Origin: Eledone cirrhosa
Lineage: Eukaryota
Direction: 5' to 3'
Length of the DNA stretch: 64,000 nt
Assembly (NCBI GenBank): GCA_964016885.1
Contig: OZ024743.1
Span: 236,220,001 to 236,284,000 of the forward strand
This document shows, in pieces, positions 39,440-54,300 of the stretch. The translations under genes were made by a program, and so were the position numbers. How positions within the stretch are numbered: position 1 is the stretch's first letter; every line of letters starts with the position of its first letter. The notes beneath the pieces were generated by a model. The model was not told where the DNA came from. It was given only the letters and a program-made list of their open reading frames with translations, and ran no database searches.

Positions 39440-42400
39440 CATATCTTGGTTGTCCATTGTAAACGATGATGACATCTTTTTTATTTTAGTTCTCGTCTTC
39501 CATGGGCACAAAGGTGACTGCGGAGGCCGATCCTAAACTTGCAGGTCTGGGGACAGTGGGGGAAGGGGAAGAGACCGGAGTCGCTTGGGGCAGCTGTTGA
39601 TGCCTTTCTCCTCCTTTCATGGGCCTCAGTGTCCTCTGCCCGTCTCTTCTCTTCAAAAGAGTCTTTGGCGTGTCTGGTAAGGGCTCGCCACTCAGTCCTG
39701 TCCTGAGCATGAGACTCGAGTTGTTTTGGCGCGATTCCAGTGTTGTTGATACTGGACTTCACGCAGTCTTTGAATCTCTTGAGAGGCCTGCCCTGCTTTC
39801 GTTTCCCCGAACAGAGTTCCCCATACATCAGTTGCTTCGGAAGCCTGTGATCGTCCATCCGGATGACATGTCCCACCCATCGAAGTTAGCTCTTCAGTAT
39901 CATAGCTTCGACACTGGTTGTCTCAGCCATGTCAAGAACTTCGATGTTGGAGACCTTGTCCTGCCATTTGATGTTCATGATTTCCAGCAGGCTGCGCATG
40001 TGGAACCGTTCCAGCTGCTTCAGGTGCCTTCTGTACAGGGTCCATGTATCACATCCGTAGAGGAGGCTGGTGAGAACAACGGCCCTGTACACCTTGAGCT
40101 TGGTGGACTGCCTGATGTTGTGCTGGTTCAGGACGCGTGTCCTCAGGCGGCTGAGGGCTTGACTGGCCTTGCAGATTCTGGCGTTTATCTCCTTGTCGAG
40201 CTACCATCGTTGCTGATGACACTGCAGAGGTACTTGAAGTCGTCCACCGTCTTTAGCTGGGTGCCTCCGATGGAGATGGAAGGACGGTGGGCGACGGAGA
40301 CAGGTGCAGGCTGGAACAGGACCTCAGTCTTGCCAAGGATAATTGTGAGGCCGAAGAGGCAGGGGGCCTCCGAGAACTTGTTAACGATGAGTTGGAGGTC
40401 AGACTCCCTGTGGGCCATGAGGTCACAGTCGTCAGCAAAAAGTGCCTCCAGGACGATCCTCTGCACGGTCTTTGTCTTGGCCGTCAGGCGCCGTAGGTCA
40501 AACAGGGAGCCGTCCAGTCTGTATCGCAGATACACTCCTGACGGCATGATTGAGCACGCAGGTGAAGAACAGGTTGAAGAGGATGGGAGCCAGCACGCAT
40601 CCTTGCTTGACGCCGTTGGTGATTCCGAACGGTTCCGATGCCTCTCCGCCTGAGCGCACCTGCCCGGTCATGTCGTCATGGAATTGCCGTATCAGGTTCA
40701 CAAACTTTGTCGGGCATCCAAACTTCGACAGGATCGACCAGAGGGCTTCTCTGTTGACAGTGTCGAATGCCTTCGTCAAGTCTATGAAGACGGCAAAGAG
40801 ATCCATGTTCTGCTCGACACACTTCTCCTGCACCTGGCGTACAGAGAAGATCATGTCGATCGTGTTGCGGTTTGGGCGGAACCCACACTGGGCCTCAGGC
40901 AGGTTGTCCTCCGAGATGTTGGCAATGAGGCGGTTGGGCATGACTCGAGCCAGGACCTTCCCAGCGATGGACAGGAGAGAACAGCCCCGATAGTTGCCAC
41001 AGTCAGTTTTGCTGCCTTTGTTCTTAAAAAGCAAGACAACTGTGGCATCCCTGAAGTCTTTGGGCATCTCTTCTTCCTCGCATATGCTGAGGGTGTGGAA
41101 GGCCCCCAGGGCAGCTGGACCGGCCGACTTGAAGATCTCGGCAGGAATCCCGTACCTCCCAGGGGCCTTTCCTGAGCTGGTCTGGTTGATTGCCTTCGTG
41201 ACTTCATCCAACGTGGGGGGGGGGGGGGTCGTCGGTGCCGACTACGGGCTTCTTTGGGATCTGGTCGAGGGTGGCAGGGTCGACAGTGGAAGGCCTGTTG
41301 AGCAGGTTGCTGAAGTGCTCTCTCCACCTCGAGTTGATGCTGCATTTCTTCTTCAGCAGGATCGAGCCGACAGCAGACAGCAGCGGTGTGGTGACAGGCT
41401 TGGGGGTCCGTAGACGTCCCTGATGGCGCTGAAGAACATCTTGGAGTTCTTTGTGTCAGCGTATCTCTCGACTTCTTCGGCCTTCTTTTCCCACCACTTC
41501 TCCTGCATTCTGCGTAGCGCTGCTTGGGTCTGCCTCTGGAGGGGGTTGAAGCGGTCGCGCTTCGAGGTGGAGGAGCTGTCATTCTGCCACTCAATGAAAG
41601 CCCTCCTCTTCTCGTCCAGGAGTTGTCTGATGCGCTCATCGTTTTCATCAAACCAGTCCTGGTGGACCCTCTTCCTCGGCCGATGGTTGCCTTGGCTGAC
41701 TCTGTCACCAGCGACCTAAACTGGTCCCACTGTTGAGTTGGGGGTCCGGTCAGTGGTCCATGGGCAGTCAGCCGGCCGTCGAGGTCTTCCGTGAATGCAT
41801 CACGATGCTCTGGCTGCTTGAGTCGTGCGACGTCGAAAGCTGGCCTACAGACTTTCTGAGTCTTGCGATGCGTCGAGGTGATGTGCAGTGACATGATGGT
41901 CCTGACAAGGCGATGGTCGGTCCAACAATCTGCACCACACATGGCCCTGGTGATTCTGACGTCACGGATGTCCCTCCTGCGGCATATGACAAAGTCAATC
42001 AGATGCCACTGTTTGGATCTGGCGTGCATCCATGTTGTCTTGAAGTTGTCTGCCTGGCGGAACAGTGTGCTGGTGATGGTGAGGTCGTTTTCAGCGCAGA
42101 AACTCAACAGTATGAGGCCCTTAGAGTTCAGCTTCCCTATGCCGTGAGGACCCAGGACCCCTCTCCAGTTGCTGCTGTCAGACCCGTCTCTTGCGTTGAA
42201 GTCCCTCAGTAGGATGAGTTTATCGCTTGGGGAGACGCCCTTCACGAGTGCGTTGAGTTCCCCGTAGAAAGCGTCCCTTGCTTCATCGCTGCTGGTGAGA
42301 GTGGGGGCGTACGCGCTGATGACTGTGACATGCCGAGATGGGTCGAGGGGGAAGCGGAGCTTCATCAGCCGCTCACTCACAGGTGTTGTGGGGTCTGGTA

Positions 42401-43450
42401 GCTGCTTGCAGAGTGAAGTCCTGATGGCCAGGCCTACCCCGTGGATTCTGTCCTCGTCCTTTGCATTGCCCTTCCAGAAGAAGGTGTAGCCTCCTTTCGG
42501 TTCTGCTACCTATCCTTCTTCGGCAAGTCTAGTCTCGCTGAGGGCGGCTATGTCGATCCGGTAGCGAGCTAATTCCTTTGCTATGAGGGCAGTTCTCTCT
42601 GGCCTCAAGGAGGTTTCCCTATCTATGAGGGTGCGCACATTCCATGCGCCAAGAATCAAGTTCTTCTTTCTATTATGTTGGTTTCAACCGCTTGCAAGGG
42701 TAAAACCGCCAGCCGCGGTAGACTGGTCGGCTTTGTGTGGGACGAGCATTTGGTTAGGGATCCTTTTATCGCCCCTCACCTCCTGCGAGGGTGAGTAGTG
42801 CTGCCTTGAAAAGAGTTTCCATTCGCCCGGTGGAATACCTGAACTCCTCTGTCATCCCAGGGTCAGGAGGAGAATGACTTGCTCATCCAGGCCGCCCACG
42901 TGTGGGTTTGAGACTGGCAACTCCCAGAGGTTACCTCCACCTGTTATCTCCGCCTCTCGCCAATCGCCGCAGGGTTTGGGGAGTGCACGCTAAAGAAGAA
43001 ACATTTGCGTGAAAGGTTTATAGTGAGGGGGCCAGTGCACAGTGATGGTCCCACTCACTCAGCCGCAGAACCCAGAATCCGGTGGTACGGAGGACCGTCA
43101 CGACCAGGGACTTCCTTGGCTGCAATGGATAGCCCCGATGTCTGTAGTGCCTTGCCGTGCGCTAGCGCTCCACACCGCTTGCTGTCGCCGTCTTCGCATG
43201 CAGGGGCAGGCATCCCCTATCTAACTCACCGGGGGGGGGGGGGGGTAAGACCCGTTCGGCTCCCCACAACCTGGTTTGGCCCACCAGCCAAGGCGGTTTA
43301 CCAGGGTGTGGAGGCTGTCGCATGCTACAGCTTCTTGGGGCCACAGGTGAGAGCTGAGTGTCAGATGGGACCCAATGCAGGACGAGCTGTCCTGAAAGGG
43401 GCATGGCTAGCTCCTCCTACAGAGGTACATGCCTCTCCCTGACACCCCAG
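39440..43450 (-). mobile_element. Near full-length RTE/BovB-type LINE (APE plus RT plus C-terminal finger), frameshifted
   Basis: LILGAWNVRTL (~42630), ISAYAPTL, DFNAR, WHLIDF, TDH, KAPG, GNYRG, QCGFR, FIDLTKAFD, GVKQGCVLAP, LFADD (~40430), LLYGC, GHVIRM..RLPK. ~780-bp 5' UTR; GC-rich relative to its flanks. Confidence 0.95.
43265..43448 (-). ncRNA. Candidate HDV-like ribozyme at the RTE 5' end
   Basis: Minus: P1 GGGGTGT/ACACCCT (G.U at position 1), GG, P4 CCGCC/GGTGG, GC-CAA, P2 ACCTG/CAGGT; loop 3 is expanded. Folded by eye. Confidence 0.55.
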
Positions 43451-43753
43451 GCATATACACACGTATATACATACATATGTACATGTGTATATACATATAT
43501 ATGTACATGTGTATATACATATTTACACATTTTTGGAAGGCCGTTGACTCTTATCAGTTCTTTCGTCCTCACCAAGTAAACTTGGTGGGGATGCCATTTT
43601 AGTTGCTGACGACCCGACCATGCGACAGGTTGTACTGGTTTACATGTTACCAGTAGCACTCAAGGGTGACCTGACCACTACGCACATATACACACATGCA
43701 AATACACATACATACATAAATACATACATACACAAATGCATACATGCATATTC

Positions 43754-43784
<31 letters not shown>

Positions 43785-43889
43785 TGTATGTATGTATGTA
43801 TGTATGTGTATGTGTGTGTGTATATATATATATATATACATACATACACACATAGGTGTGTTTGCGTATGCGAGTGTATGTATGTGTGT

Positions 43890-44005
43890 GGGATCTCTGC
43901 TTCGATGACGAGTGTTCCAGTTGTTTGATCCACGGATTAGCCTCCTTGTGAAGCTGTGCTGTGTCATTTATCTGGTGTTCACCAACACATGTCTAACTTT
44001 GATTT
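43890..44005 (+). mobile_element. Possible old SINE fragment of a second family
   Basis: GATGACGAGTGTTCCAGTTG..GATCCACGGA..AGCCT.CTTGTGAA resembles a mollusc SINE core as recalled; not verified. Confidence 0.35.
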
Positions 44006-44024
44006 ACATATCTACACACGCACA

Positions 44025-44062
<38 letters not shown>

Positions 44063-44147
44063 CACACACACATCCACACACATGTACACACCCATGTACA
44101 CCCATATACATACACACACATGTACACACAAACATACACACGCACAT

Positions 44148-44219
<72 letters not shown>

Positions 44220-44339
44220 TCCTAAGGTAAATATTGATACAAACAATTCAAGCACTCAACGCATTTTTCCACATAGGAGTGACGGAGTATATTTAGAATA
44301 AGAAAATGCGAAGTAGTTTCTATGTTAAAGTCCTGTATT

Positions 44340-44590
44340 GATAATGCTGTGATACATATTTTAATAACGGCAGTGGCCACACGATTCCGTGTACCCAATT
44401 TCGTGATCTCATTCATTACATAATAAGGTAATATTCTCGAGGTAATCCAAACTAAAACGAAAGGGAACGGACACAGGTGATGTTTTTGAAAACCTTAATA
44501 TGTAATGAAGCTGTCTGATGAGATCATGGCACTGGTTACGCGGAATCGCGTGGCCACTGCCGTCATTGAAATATGTATAACAATGCTTAC
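44340..44590. repeat. Diverged inverted duplication (~90-bp arms) built on a hammerhead
   Basis: ACGGCAGTGGCCACACGATTCCGTGTACCCA / TGGTTACGCGGAATCGCGTGGCCACTGCCGT. Confidence 0.85.
44510..44588 (+). ncRNA. Type-I hammerhead motif with extended stem II
   Basis: GCTGT-CTGATGA-GATCATGGCAC-TGGTTACGCG-GAAT-CGCGTGGCCA-CTGCCGTCATT-GAAA-TATGTA-TA-ACA. The inverted copy supplies TC-ACAGC, a perfect stem I partner. Confidence 0.75.
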
Positions 44591-44649
44591 GCAATAAAAA
44601 AGAACGATGGAAATCTGAACCTACTGGCTTCACATTCAATATATACATA

Positions 44650-44739
<90 letters not shown>

Positions 44740-45090
44740 GTGTGTATGTGTGCGCGCGCGCGCGGTGTGTGTGTGTGTGTTGTAGTTCGTTTGAAGCAAT
44801 GTTAGTGTGTAAAGCAGTGTTATTCCCAAATACACATAAAAGACAATTTCATTGGAATTTAGAGGACATCAACTAGGTAAATACGTCCGTATGTCTGTTT
44901 GTGTTTGTTTGTGTGTGCGTGTCACCATGTGTGTGTGTGTGTGTGTGTGTGTCTGTATGTGTGTGTGTGTGCGTGTGTCGGTATGTGTGCGTGTGCATAT
45001 ATAGATGCAATTGCATGTGTGGATCTGTATGTTTTGTGTTATAGGTGCACAAACACATAGGTTTCTATATCTAAACGTGTGTATATGCAA

Positions 45091-45376
45091 TTATTGCATA
45101 CAAAATGTCTTGAGGTTTTTAGATATTTTTACACATCCATTAATGGACTGCACTTGAAAATTCCTAATTAGCTGTGATCTTTCTGTTTCTGTCAACATTC
45201 TCAAGATTTGTACTGAGGCAGTAACATATTCACGGACCCCAATAATCACAGGTACAAATCTAAAGACATATTCAAGGTGAACTCTCTGCAGATTCCTCAT
45301 TAATTCCGCATAGATATTCTCCTTCTCACTACTTTATAACAATATATTTACATCTGTTGGACAGTTGATAGCTACT
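45091..45376 (-). mobile_element. R4/Dong-like RLE C-terminal fragment, contiguous with the 46-bp satellite
   Basis: Minus: VAINCPTDVNILL*SSEKENIYAELMRNLQRVHLEYVFRFVPVIIG...ERSQLI..Q...I.G.VKI.K; homologous to 1953-2250. Confidence 0.8.
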
Positions 45377-48300
45377 ACTTTATAACAATATATTTACATC
45401 TGCTGGACAGTTAGTTGATAGCTACTACTTTATAACAATATATTTACATCTGTTGGACAGTTGATAGCTACTACTTTATAACAATATATTTACATCTGTT
45501 GGACAGTTGATAGCTACTACTTTATAACAATATATTTCCATCTGCTGGACAGTTGATAGCTCCTACTTTATAACAATATATTTACATCTGCTGGACAGTT
45601 GATAGCTACTACTTTATAACAATATATTTACATCTGCTGGACAGTTGATAGCTACTACTTCATAACAATATATTTCCATCTGCTGGACAGTTGATAGCTA
45701 CTACTGTATAACAATATATTTACATCTGCTGGACAGCAGATAGCTACTACTTTATAACAATATATTTACATCTGTTGGGCAACTGATAACGACTACTTTA
45801 TAACAATATATTTACATCTGTTGGGGAGTTGATAGCCACTATTTTATAACAATATATTTACATCTGTTGGGGAGTTGATAGCCACTACTTTATAACAATA
45901 TATTTCCATCTGTTGGACAGTTGATAGCCACTACTTTATAAAAATATATTTCCATCTGCTGGACAGTTGATAGCTACTACATTATAACAATATATTTACA
46001 TCTGCTGGACAGCTGATAGCTACTACTTTATAACAATATATTTACATCCGTTGGGGAGTTGATAGCCACTACTTTATAACAATATATTTCTATCTGCTGG
46101 ACAGTTGATAGCCACTACTTTATAACAATATATTTACATCTGCTGGACAGTTGATAGCCACTACTTTATAACAATATATTTACATCTGCTGGACAGCTGA
46201 TAGCTACTACTTTATAACAATAAATTTACATCTGCTGGACAGCTGATAGCTACTACTTTATAACAATATATTTACATCTGTTGGGGAGTTGATAGCTACT
46301 ACTTTATAACAATATATTTACATCTGTTGGGGAGTTGATAGCCACTACGTTATAACAATATATTTACATCTGTTGGACAGTTGATAGCCACTATTTTATA
46401 ACAATATATTTACATCTGCTGGACAGTTGATAGCTACTACTTTATAACAATATATTTCCATCTGTTGGGGAGTTGATAGCTACTACTTTATAGCAATATA
46501 TTTCCATCTGCTGGACAGTTGATAGCTACGACTTTATAACAATATATTTACATCTGCTGGACAGTTGATAGCCACTACTTTATAACAATATATTTCCATC
46601 TGCTGGACAGTTGATAGCCACTAATTTATAACAATATATTTACATCTGCTGGACAGTTGATAGCTACTACTTTATAACAATATATTTCCATCTGCTGGAC
46701 AGTTGATAGCCACTACTTTATAACAATATATTTCCATCTGCTGGACAGTTGATAGCCACTACTTTATAACAATATATTTACATCTGCTGGACAGTTGATA
46801 GCCACTACTTTATAACAATATATTTCCATCTGCTGAACAGTTGATAGCCACTACTTTATAACAATATATTTACATCTGCTGGACAGTTGATAGCCACTAC
46901 TTTATAACAATATATTTACATCTGCTGGACAGTTGATAGCCACTACTTTATAACAATATATTTACATCTGCTGGACAGTTGATAGCCACTACTTTATAAC
47001 AATATATTTACATCTGCTGGACAGTTGATAGCCACTACTTTATAACAATATATTTACATCTGCTGGACAGTTGATAGCCACTACTTTATAACAATATATT
47101 TACATCTGCTGGACAGTTGATAGCCACTACTTTATAACAATATATTTACATCTGCTGGACAGTTGATAGCTACTAATTTATAACAATATATTTACATCTG
47201 CTGGACAGTTGATAGCTACTACTTTATAACAATATATTTACATCTGCTGGACAGTTGATAGCCACTACTTTATAACAATATATTTACATCTGCTGGACAG
47301 TTGATAGCCACTACTTTATAACAATATATTTACATCTGCTGGACAGTTGATAGCCACTACTTTATAACAATATATTTACATCTGCTGGACAGTTGATAGC
47401 CACTACTTTATAACAATATATTTACATCTGCTGGACAGTTGATAGCCACTACTTTATAACAATATATTTACATCTGCTGGACAGTTGATAGCCACTACTT
47501 TATAACAATATATTTACATCTGCTGGACAGTTGATAGCCACTACTTTATAACAATATATTTACATCTGCTGGACAGTTGATAGCTACTAATTTATAACAA
47601 TATATTTACATCTGCTGGACAGTTGATAGCTACTACTTTATAACAATATATTTACATCTGCTGGACAGTTGATAGCCACTACTTTAAAACAATATATTTA
47701 CATCTGCTGGACAGTTGATAGCCACTACTTTATAACAATATATTTACATCTGCTGGACAGTTGATAGCCACTAATTTATAACAATATATTTACATCTGCT
47801 GGACAGGTGATAGCTACTACTTTATAACAATATATTTACATCTGCTGGACAGCTGATAGCTACTACTTTATAACAATATATTTACATCTGCTGGACAGCT
47901 GATAGCTACTACTTTATAACAATATATTTACATCTGTTGGGGAGTTGATAGCTACTACTTTATAACAATATATTTACATCTGTTGGGGAGTTGATAGCCA
48001 CTACGTTATAACAATATATTTACATCTGTTGGACAGTTGATAGCCACTACTTTATAACAATATATTTACATCTGCTGGACAGTTGATAGCTACTACTTTA
48101 TAACAATATATTTCCATCTGTTGGGGAGTTGATAGCTACTACTTTATAGCAATATATTTCCATCTGCTGGACAGTTGATAGCTACGACTTTATAACAATA
48201 TATTTACATCTGCTGGACAGTTGATAGCCACTACTTTATAACAATATATTTCCATCTGCTGGACAGTTGATAGCCACTAATTTATAACAATATATTTACA

Positions 48301-51300
48301 TCTGCTGGACAGTTGATAGCTACTACTTTATAACAATATATTTCCATCTGCTGGACAGTTGATAGCCACTACTTTATAACAATATATTTCCATCTGCTGG
48401 ACAGTTGATAGCTACTACTTTATAACAATATATTTACATCTGCTGGACAGTTGATAGCCAATACTTTATAACAATATATTCCCGTCTGCTGGACAGTTGA
48501 TAGCCACTACTTTATAACAATATATTTACATCTGCTGGACAGTTGATAGCCACTAATTTATAACAATATATTTACATCGGGTGGACAGTTGATAGCTACT
48601 ATTTTATAACAATATATTTCCATCTGCTGGACAGTTGATAGCCACTACTTTATAACAATATATTCCCGTCTGCTGGACAGTTGATAGCCACTACTTTATA
48701 ACAATATATTTACATCTGCTGGACAGTTGATAGCCACTAATTTATAACAATATATTTACATCTGCTGGACAGTTGATAGCTACTACTTTATAACAATATA
48801 TTTCCATCTGCTGGACAGTTGATAGCCACTACTTTATAACAATATATTTACATCTGCTGGACAGTTGATAGCCACTACTTTATAACAATATATTTACATC
48901 TGCTGGACAGTTGATAGCTACTACTTTATAACAATATATTTACATCTGCTGGACAGTTGATAGCTAATAATTTATAACAATATATTTACATCTGCTGGAC
49001 AGTTGATAGCCACTACTTTATAACAATATATTTACATCTGCTGGACAGTTGATAGCCACTACTTTATAACAATATATTTACATCTGCTGGACAGTTGATA
49101 GCCACTACTTTATAACAAGATATTTACATCTGCTGGACAGTTGATAGCCACTACTTTTTAACAATATATTTCAATCTGCTGGACAGTTGATAGCTACTAC
49201 TTTATAACAATATATTTACATCTGCTGGACAGCTGATAGCTACTACTTTATAACAATATATTTACATCCGTTGGGGAGTTGATAGCCACTACTTTATAAC
49301 GATATATTAACATCTGTTGGGGAGTTGATAGCCACTACTTTATAACAATATATTTACATCTGTTGGACAGTTGATAGCCACTACATTATAACAATATATT
49401 TACATCTGTTGGGGAGTTGATAGCCACTACTTTATAACAATATATTTACATCTGCTGGACAGTTGATAGCCACTACTTTATAACAATATATTTCCATCTG
49501 TTGGACAGTTGATAGCCACTACATTATAACAATATATTTCCATCTGCTGGACAGTTGATAGCTACTACTTTATAACAATATATTTACATCTGCTGGACAG
49601 CTGATAGCTACTACTTTATAACGATATATTTACATCCGTTGGGGAGTTGATAGCCACTACTTTATAACAATATATTTACATCTGCTGGACAGTTGATAGC
49701 CACTATTTTATAACAATATATCTACATCTGCTGGACAGCTGATAGCTACTACTTTATAACAATATATTTACATCTGTTGGACAGTTGATAGCCACTACTT
49801 TATAACAATATATTTCCATCTGCTGGACAGTTGATAGCCACTAATTTATAACAATATATTTACATCTGCTGGACAGTTGATAGCTACTACTTTATAACAA
49901 TATATTTCCATCTGCTGGACAGTTGATAGCCACTACTTTATAACAATATATTTCCATCTGCTGAACAGTTGATAGCCACTACTTTATAACAATATATTTA
50001 CATCTGCTGGACAGTTGATAGCCACTACTTTATAACAATATATTTCCATCTGATGGACAGTTGATAGCCACTACTTTATAACAATATATTTACATCTGCT
50101 GGACAGTTGATAGCCACTACTTTATAACAATATATTTACATCTGCTGGACAGTTGATAGCCACTACTTTATAACAATATATTCCCGTCTGCTGGACAGTT
50201 GATAGCCACTACTTTATAACAATATATTTACATCTGCTGGACAGTTGATAGCCACTAATTTATAACAATATATTTACATCTGCTGGACAGTAGATAGCTA
50301 CTACTTTATAACAATATATTTCCATCTGCTGGACAGTTGATAGCCACTACTTTATAACAATATATTTACATCTGCTGGACAGTTGATAGCCACTACTTTA
50401 TAACAATATATTTACATCTGCTGGACAGTTGGTAGCCACTACTTTATAACAATATATTTACATCTGCTGGACAGTTGATAATCACTATTTTATAACAATA
50501 TATTTACATCTGCTGGACAGTTGATAGCCACTACTTTATAACAATATATTTACATCTGCTGGACAGTTGATAGCCACTACTTTATAACAATATATTTCCA
50601 TCTGCTGGACAGTTGATAGCCACTACTTTATAACAATATATTTACATCTGCTGGACAGTTGATAGCCACTACTTTATAACAATATATTTACATCTGCTGG
50701 ACAGTTGATAGCCACTACTTTATAACAATATATTTACATCTGCTGGACAGTTGATAGCCACTAATTTATAACAATATATTTACATCTGCTGGACAGTTGA
50801 TAGCTACTACTTTATAACAATATATTTACATCTGCTGGACAGTTGATAGCTACTACTTTATAACAATATATTTACATCTGCTGGACAGTTGATAGCCACT
50901 ACTTTATAACAATATATTTACATCTGCTGGACAGTTGATAGCCACTACATTATAACAATATATTTCCATCTGCTGAACAGTTGATAGCCACTACTTTATA
51001 ACAATATATTTACATCTGCTGGACAGTTGATAGCCACTACTTTATAACAATATATTTACATCTGCTGGACAGTTGATAGCCACTACTTTATAACAATATA
51101 TTTCCATCTGCTGAACAGTTGATAGCCACTACTTTATAACAATATATTTACATCTGTTGGACAGTTGATAGCTACTACTTTATAACAATATATTTACATC
51201 TGCTGGACAGTTGATAGCCACTACTTTATAACAATATATTTACATCTGCTGGACAGTTGATAGCCACTACTTTATAACAATATATTTACATCTGCTGGAC

Positions 51301-54300
51301 AGTTGATAGCTACTACTTTATAACTATATATTTACATCTGCTGGACAGTTGATAGCTACTACTTTATAACAATATATTTACATCTTCTGGACAGTTGATA
51401 GCCACTACTTTATAACAATATATTTACATCTGCTGGACAGTTGATAGCCACTACTTTATAACAATATATTTCCATCTGCTGGACAGTTGATAGCCACTAC
51501 TTTATAACAATATATTTACATCTGCTGGACAGTTGATAGCCACTACTTTATAACAATATATTTACATCTGCTGGACAGTTGATAGCCACTACTTTATAAC
51601 AATATATTTACATCTGCTGGACAGTTGATAGCCACTACTTTATAACAATATATTTCCATCTGCTGGACAGTTGATAGCCACTACTTTATAACAATATATT
51701 TACATCTGCTGGACAGTTGATAGCCACTACTTTATAACAATATATGTACATCTGCTGGACAGTTGATAGCCACTACTTTATAACAATATATTTCCATCTG
51801 CTGGACAGTTGATAGCTACTACTTTACTTTATAACAATATATTTCCATCTGCTGGACAGTTGATAGCTACTACTTTATAACAATATATTTCCATCTGCTG
51901 GACAGTTGATAGCTACTACTTTATAACAATATATTTCCATCTGCTGGACAGTTGATAGCTACTACTTTATAACAATATATTTCCATCTGCTGGACAGTTA
52001 GTTGATAGCTACTACTTTATAACAATATATTTACATCTGTTGGACAGTTGATAGCTACTACTTTATAACAATCTATTTACATCTGTTGGACAGATGATAG
52101 CTACTACTTTATAACAATATATTTACATCTGCTGGACAGCAGATAGCTACTACTTTATAACAATATATTTACATCTGTTGGGCAACGGATAACGACTACT
52201 TTATAAGAAAATATTTACATCTGTTGCGGAGTGGATAGCCACTACTTTATAACAATATATTTACATCTGTTGGACAGTCGATAGCCACAATATTATAACA
52301 ATATATTTACATCTGTTGGGGAGTTGATAGCCACTACTTTATAACAATATATTTACATCTGTTGGGGAGTTGATAGCCACTACTTTATAACAATATATTT
52401 ACATCCGTTGGGGAGTTGATAACCACTACTTTATAACAATATATTTACATCTGCTGGACAGTTGATAGCCACTACTTTATAACAATATATTTCCATCTGC
52501 TGGACAGCTGATAGCCACTACTTTATAACAATATATTTACATCTGCTGGACAGTTGATAGCCACTACTTTATAACAATATATTTACATCAGCTGGACAGT
52601 TGATAGCTACTACTTTATAACAATATATTTACATCTGCTGGACAGTTGATAGCTACTACTTTATAACAATATATTTACATCTGCTGGACAGTTGATAGCC
52701 ACTACTTTATAACAATATATTTACATCTGCTGGACAGTTGATAGCCACTACTTTATAACAATATATTTACATCTGCTGGACAGTTGATAGCAACTACTTT
52801 ATAACAATATATTTACATCTGCTGGACAGTTGATAGCTACTACTTTATAACAATATATTTACATCTACTGGACAGTTGATAGCCACTACTTTATAACAAT
52901 ATATTTACATCTGCTGGACAGTTGTTAGCCACTACTTTATAACAATATATTTACATCTGCTGGACAGTTGATAGCCACTACTTTATAACAATATATTTAC
53001 ATCTGCTGGACAGTTCATAGCTACTACTTTATAACAATATATTTACATCTGCTGGACAGTTGATAGCTACTACTTTATAACAATATATTTACATCTGTTG
53101 GACAGTTGATAGCTACTACTTTATAACAATATATTTACATCTGCTGGACAGTTGATAGCCACTACTTTATAACAATATATTTACATCTGCTGGACAGTTG
53201 ATAGCTACTACTTTATAACAATATATTTACATCTGCTGGACAGTTGATAGCTACTACTTTATAACAATATATTTACAGCTGCTGGACAGTTGGTAGCCAC
53301 TACTTTATAACAATATATTTACATCTGCTGGACAGTTGATAGCCACTACTTTATAACAATATATTTCCATCTGCTGGACAGTTGATAGCCACTACTTTAT
53401 AATAATATATTTACATATGCTGGACAGTTGATAGCCACTACTTTATAACAATATATTTACATCTGCTGGACAGTTGATAGCGACTACTTTATAACAATAT
53501 ATTTACATCGGCTGGACAGTTGATAGCCACTACTTTATAACAATATATTTCCATCTGCTGGACAGTTAATAGCCACTACTTTATAACAATATATTTACAT
53601 CTGCTGGATAGTTGATAGGCACTACTTTATAACAATATATTTACATCTGCTGGACAGTTGATAGCCACTACTTTATAACAATATATTTCCATCTGCTGTA
53701 CAGTTGATAGCTACTACTTTATAACAATATATTTACATCTGCTGGACAGTTGATAGCTAATACTTTATAACAATATATTTCCATCTGCTGGACAGTTGAT
53801 AGCTACTACTTTATAACAATATATTTCCATCTGCTGGACAGTTAGTTGATAGCTACTACTTTATAACAATATATTTACATCTGTTGGACAGTTGATAGCT
53901 ACTACTTTATAACAATCTATTTACATCTGTTGGACAGTTGATAGCTACTACTTTATAACAATATATTTACATCTGCTGGACAGCAGATAGCTACTAATTT
54001 ATAACAATATATTTACATCTGTTGGGCAACTGATAACGACTACTTCATAAGAATAGATTTACATCTGTTGCGGAGTTGATAGCCAATACTTTATAACAAT
54101 ATATTTACATCTGTTGGACAGTCGATAGCCACTACATTATAACAATATATTTACATCTGTTGGGGAGTTGATAGCCCCTACTTTATAACAATATATTTAC
54201 ATCTGTTGGGGAGTTGATAGCCACTACTTTATAACAATATATTTACATCCGTTGGAGAGTTGATAGCCACTACTTTATAACAATATATTTACATCTTTTG

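Noticed and set aside
39619-40653. 344-aa plus-strand ORF
   Set aside because: Antisense shadow of the GC-rich RTE ORF, with no recognisable domain.
43598-43680. CTGACGA followed by hairpins
   Set aside because: No downstream GAAA/UH, so not a hammerhead; probably a retroelement 3' tail.
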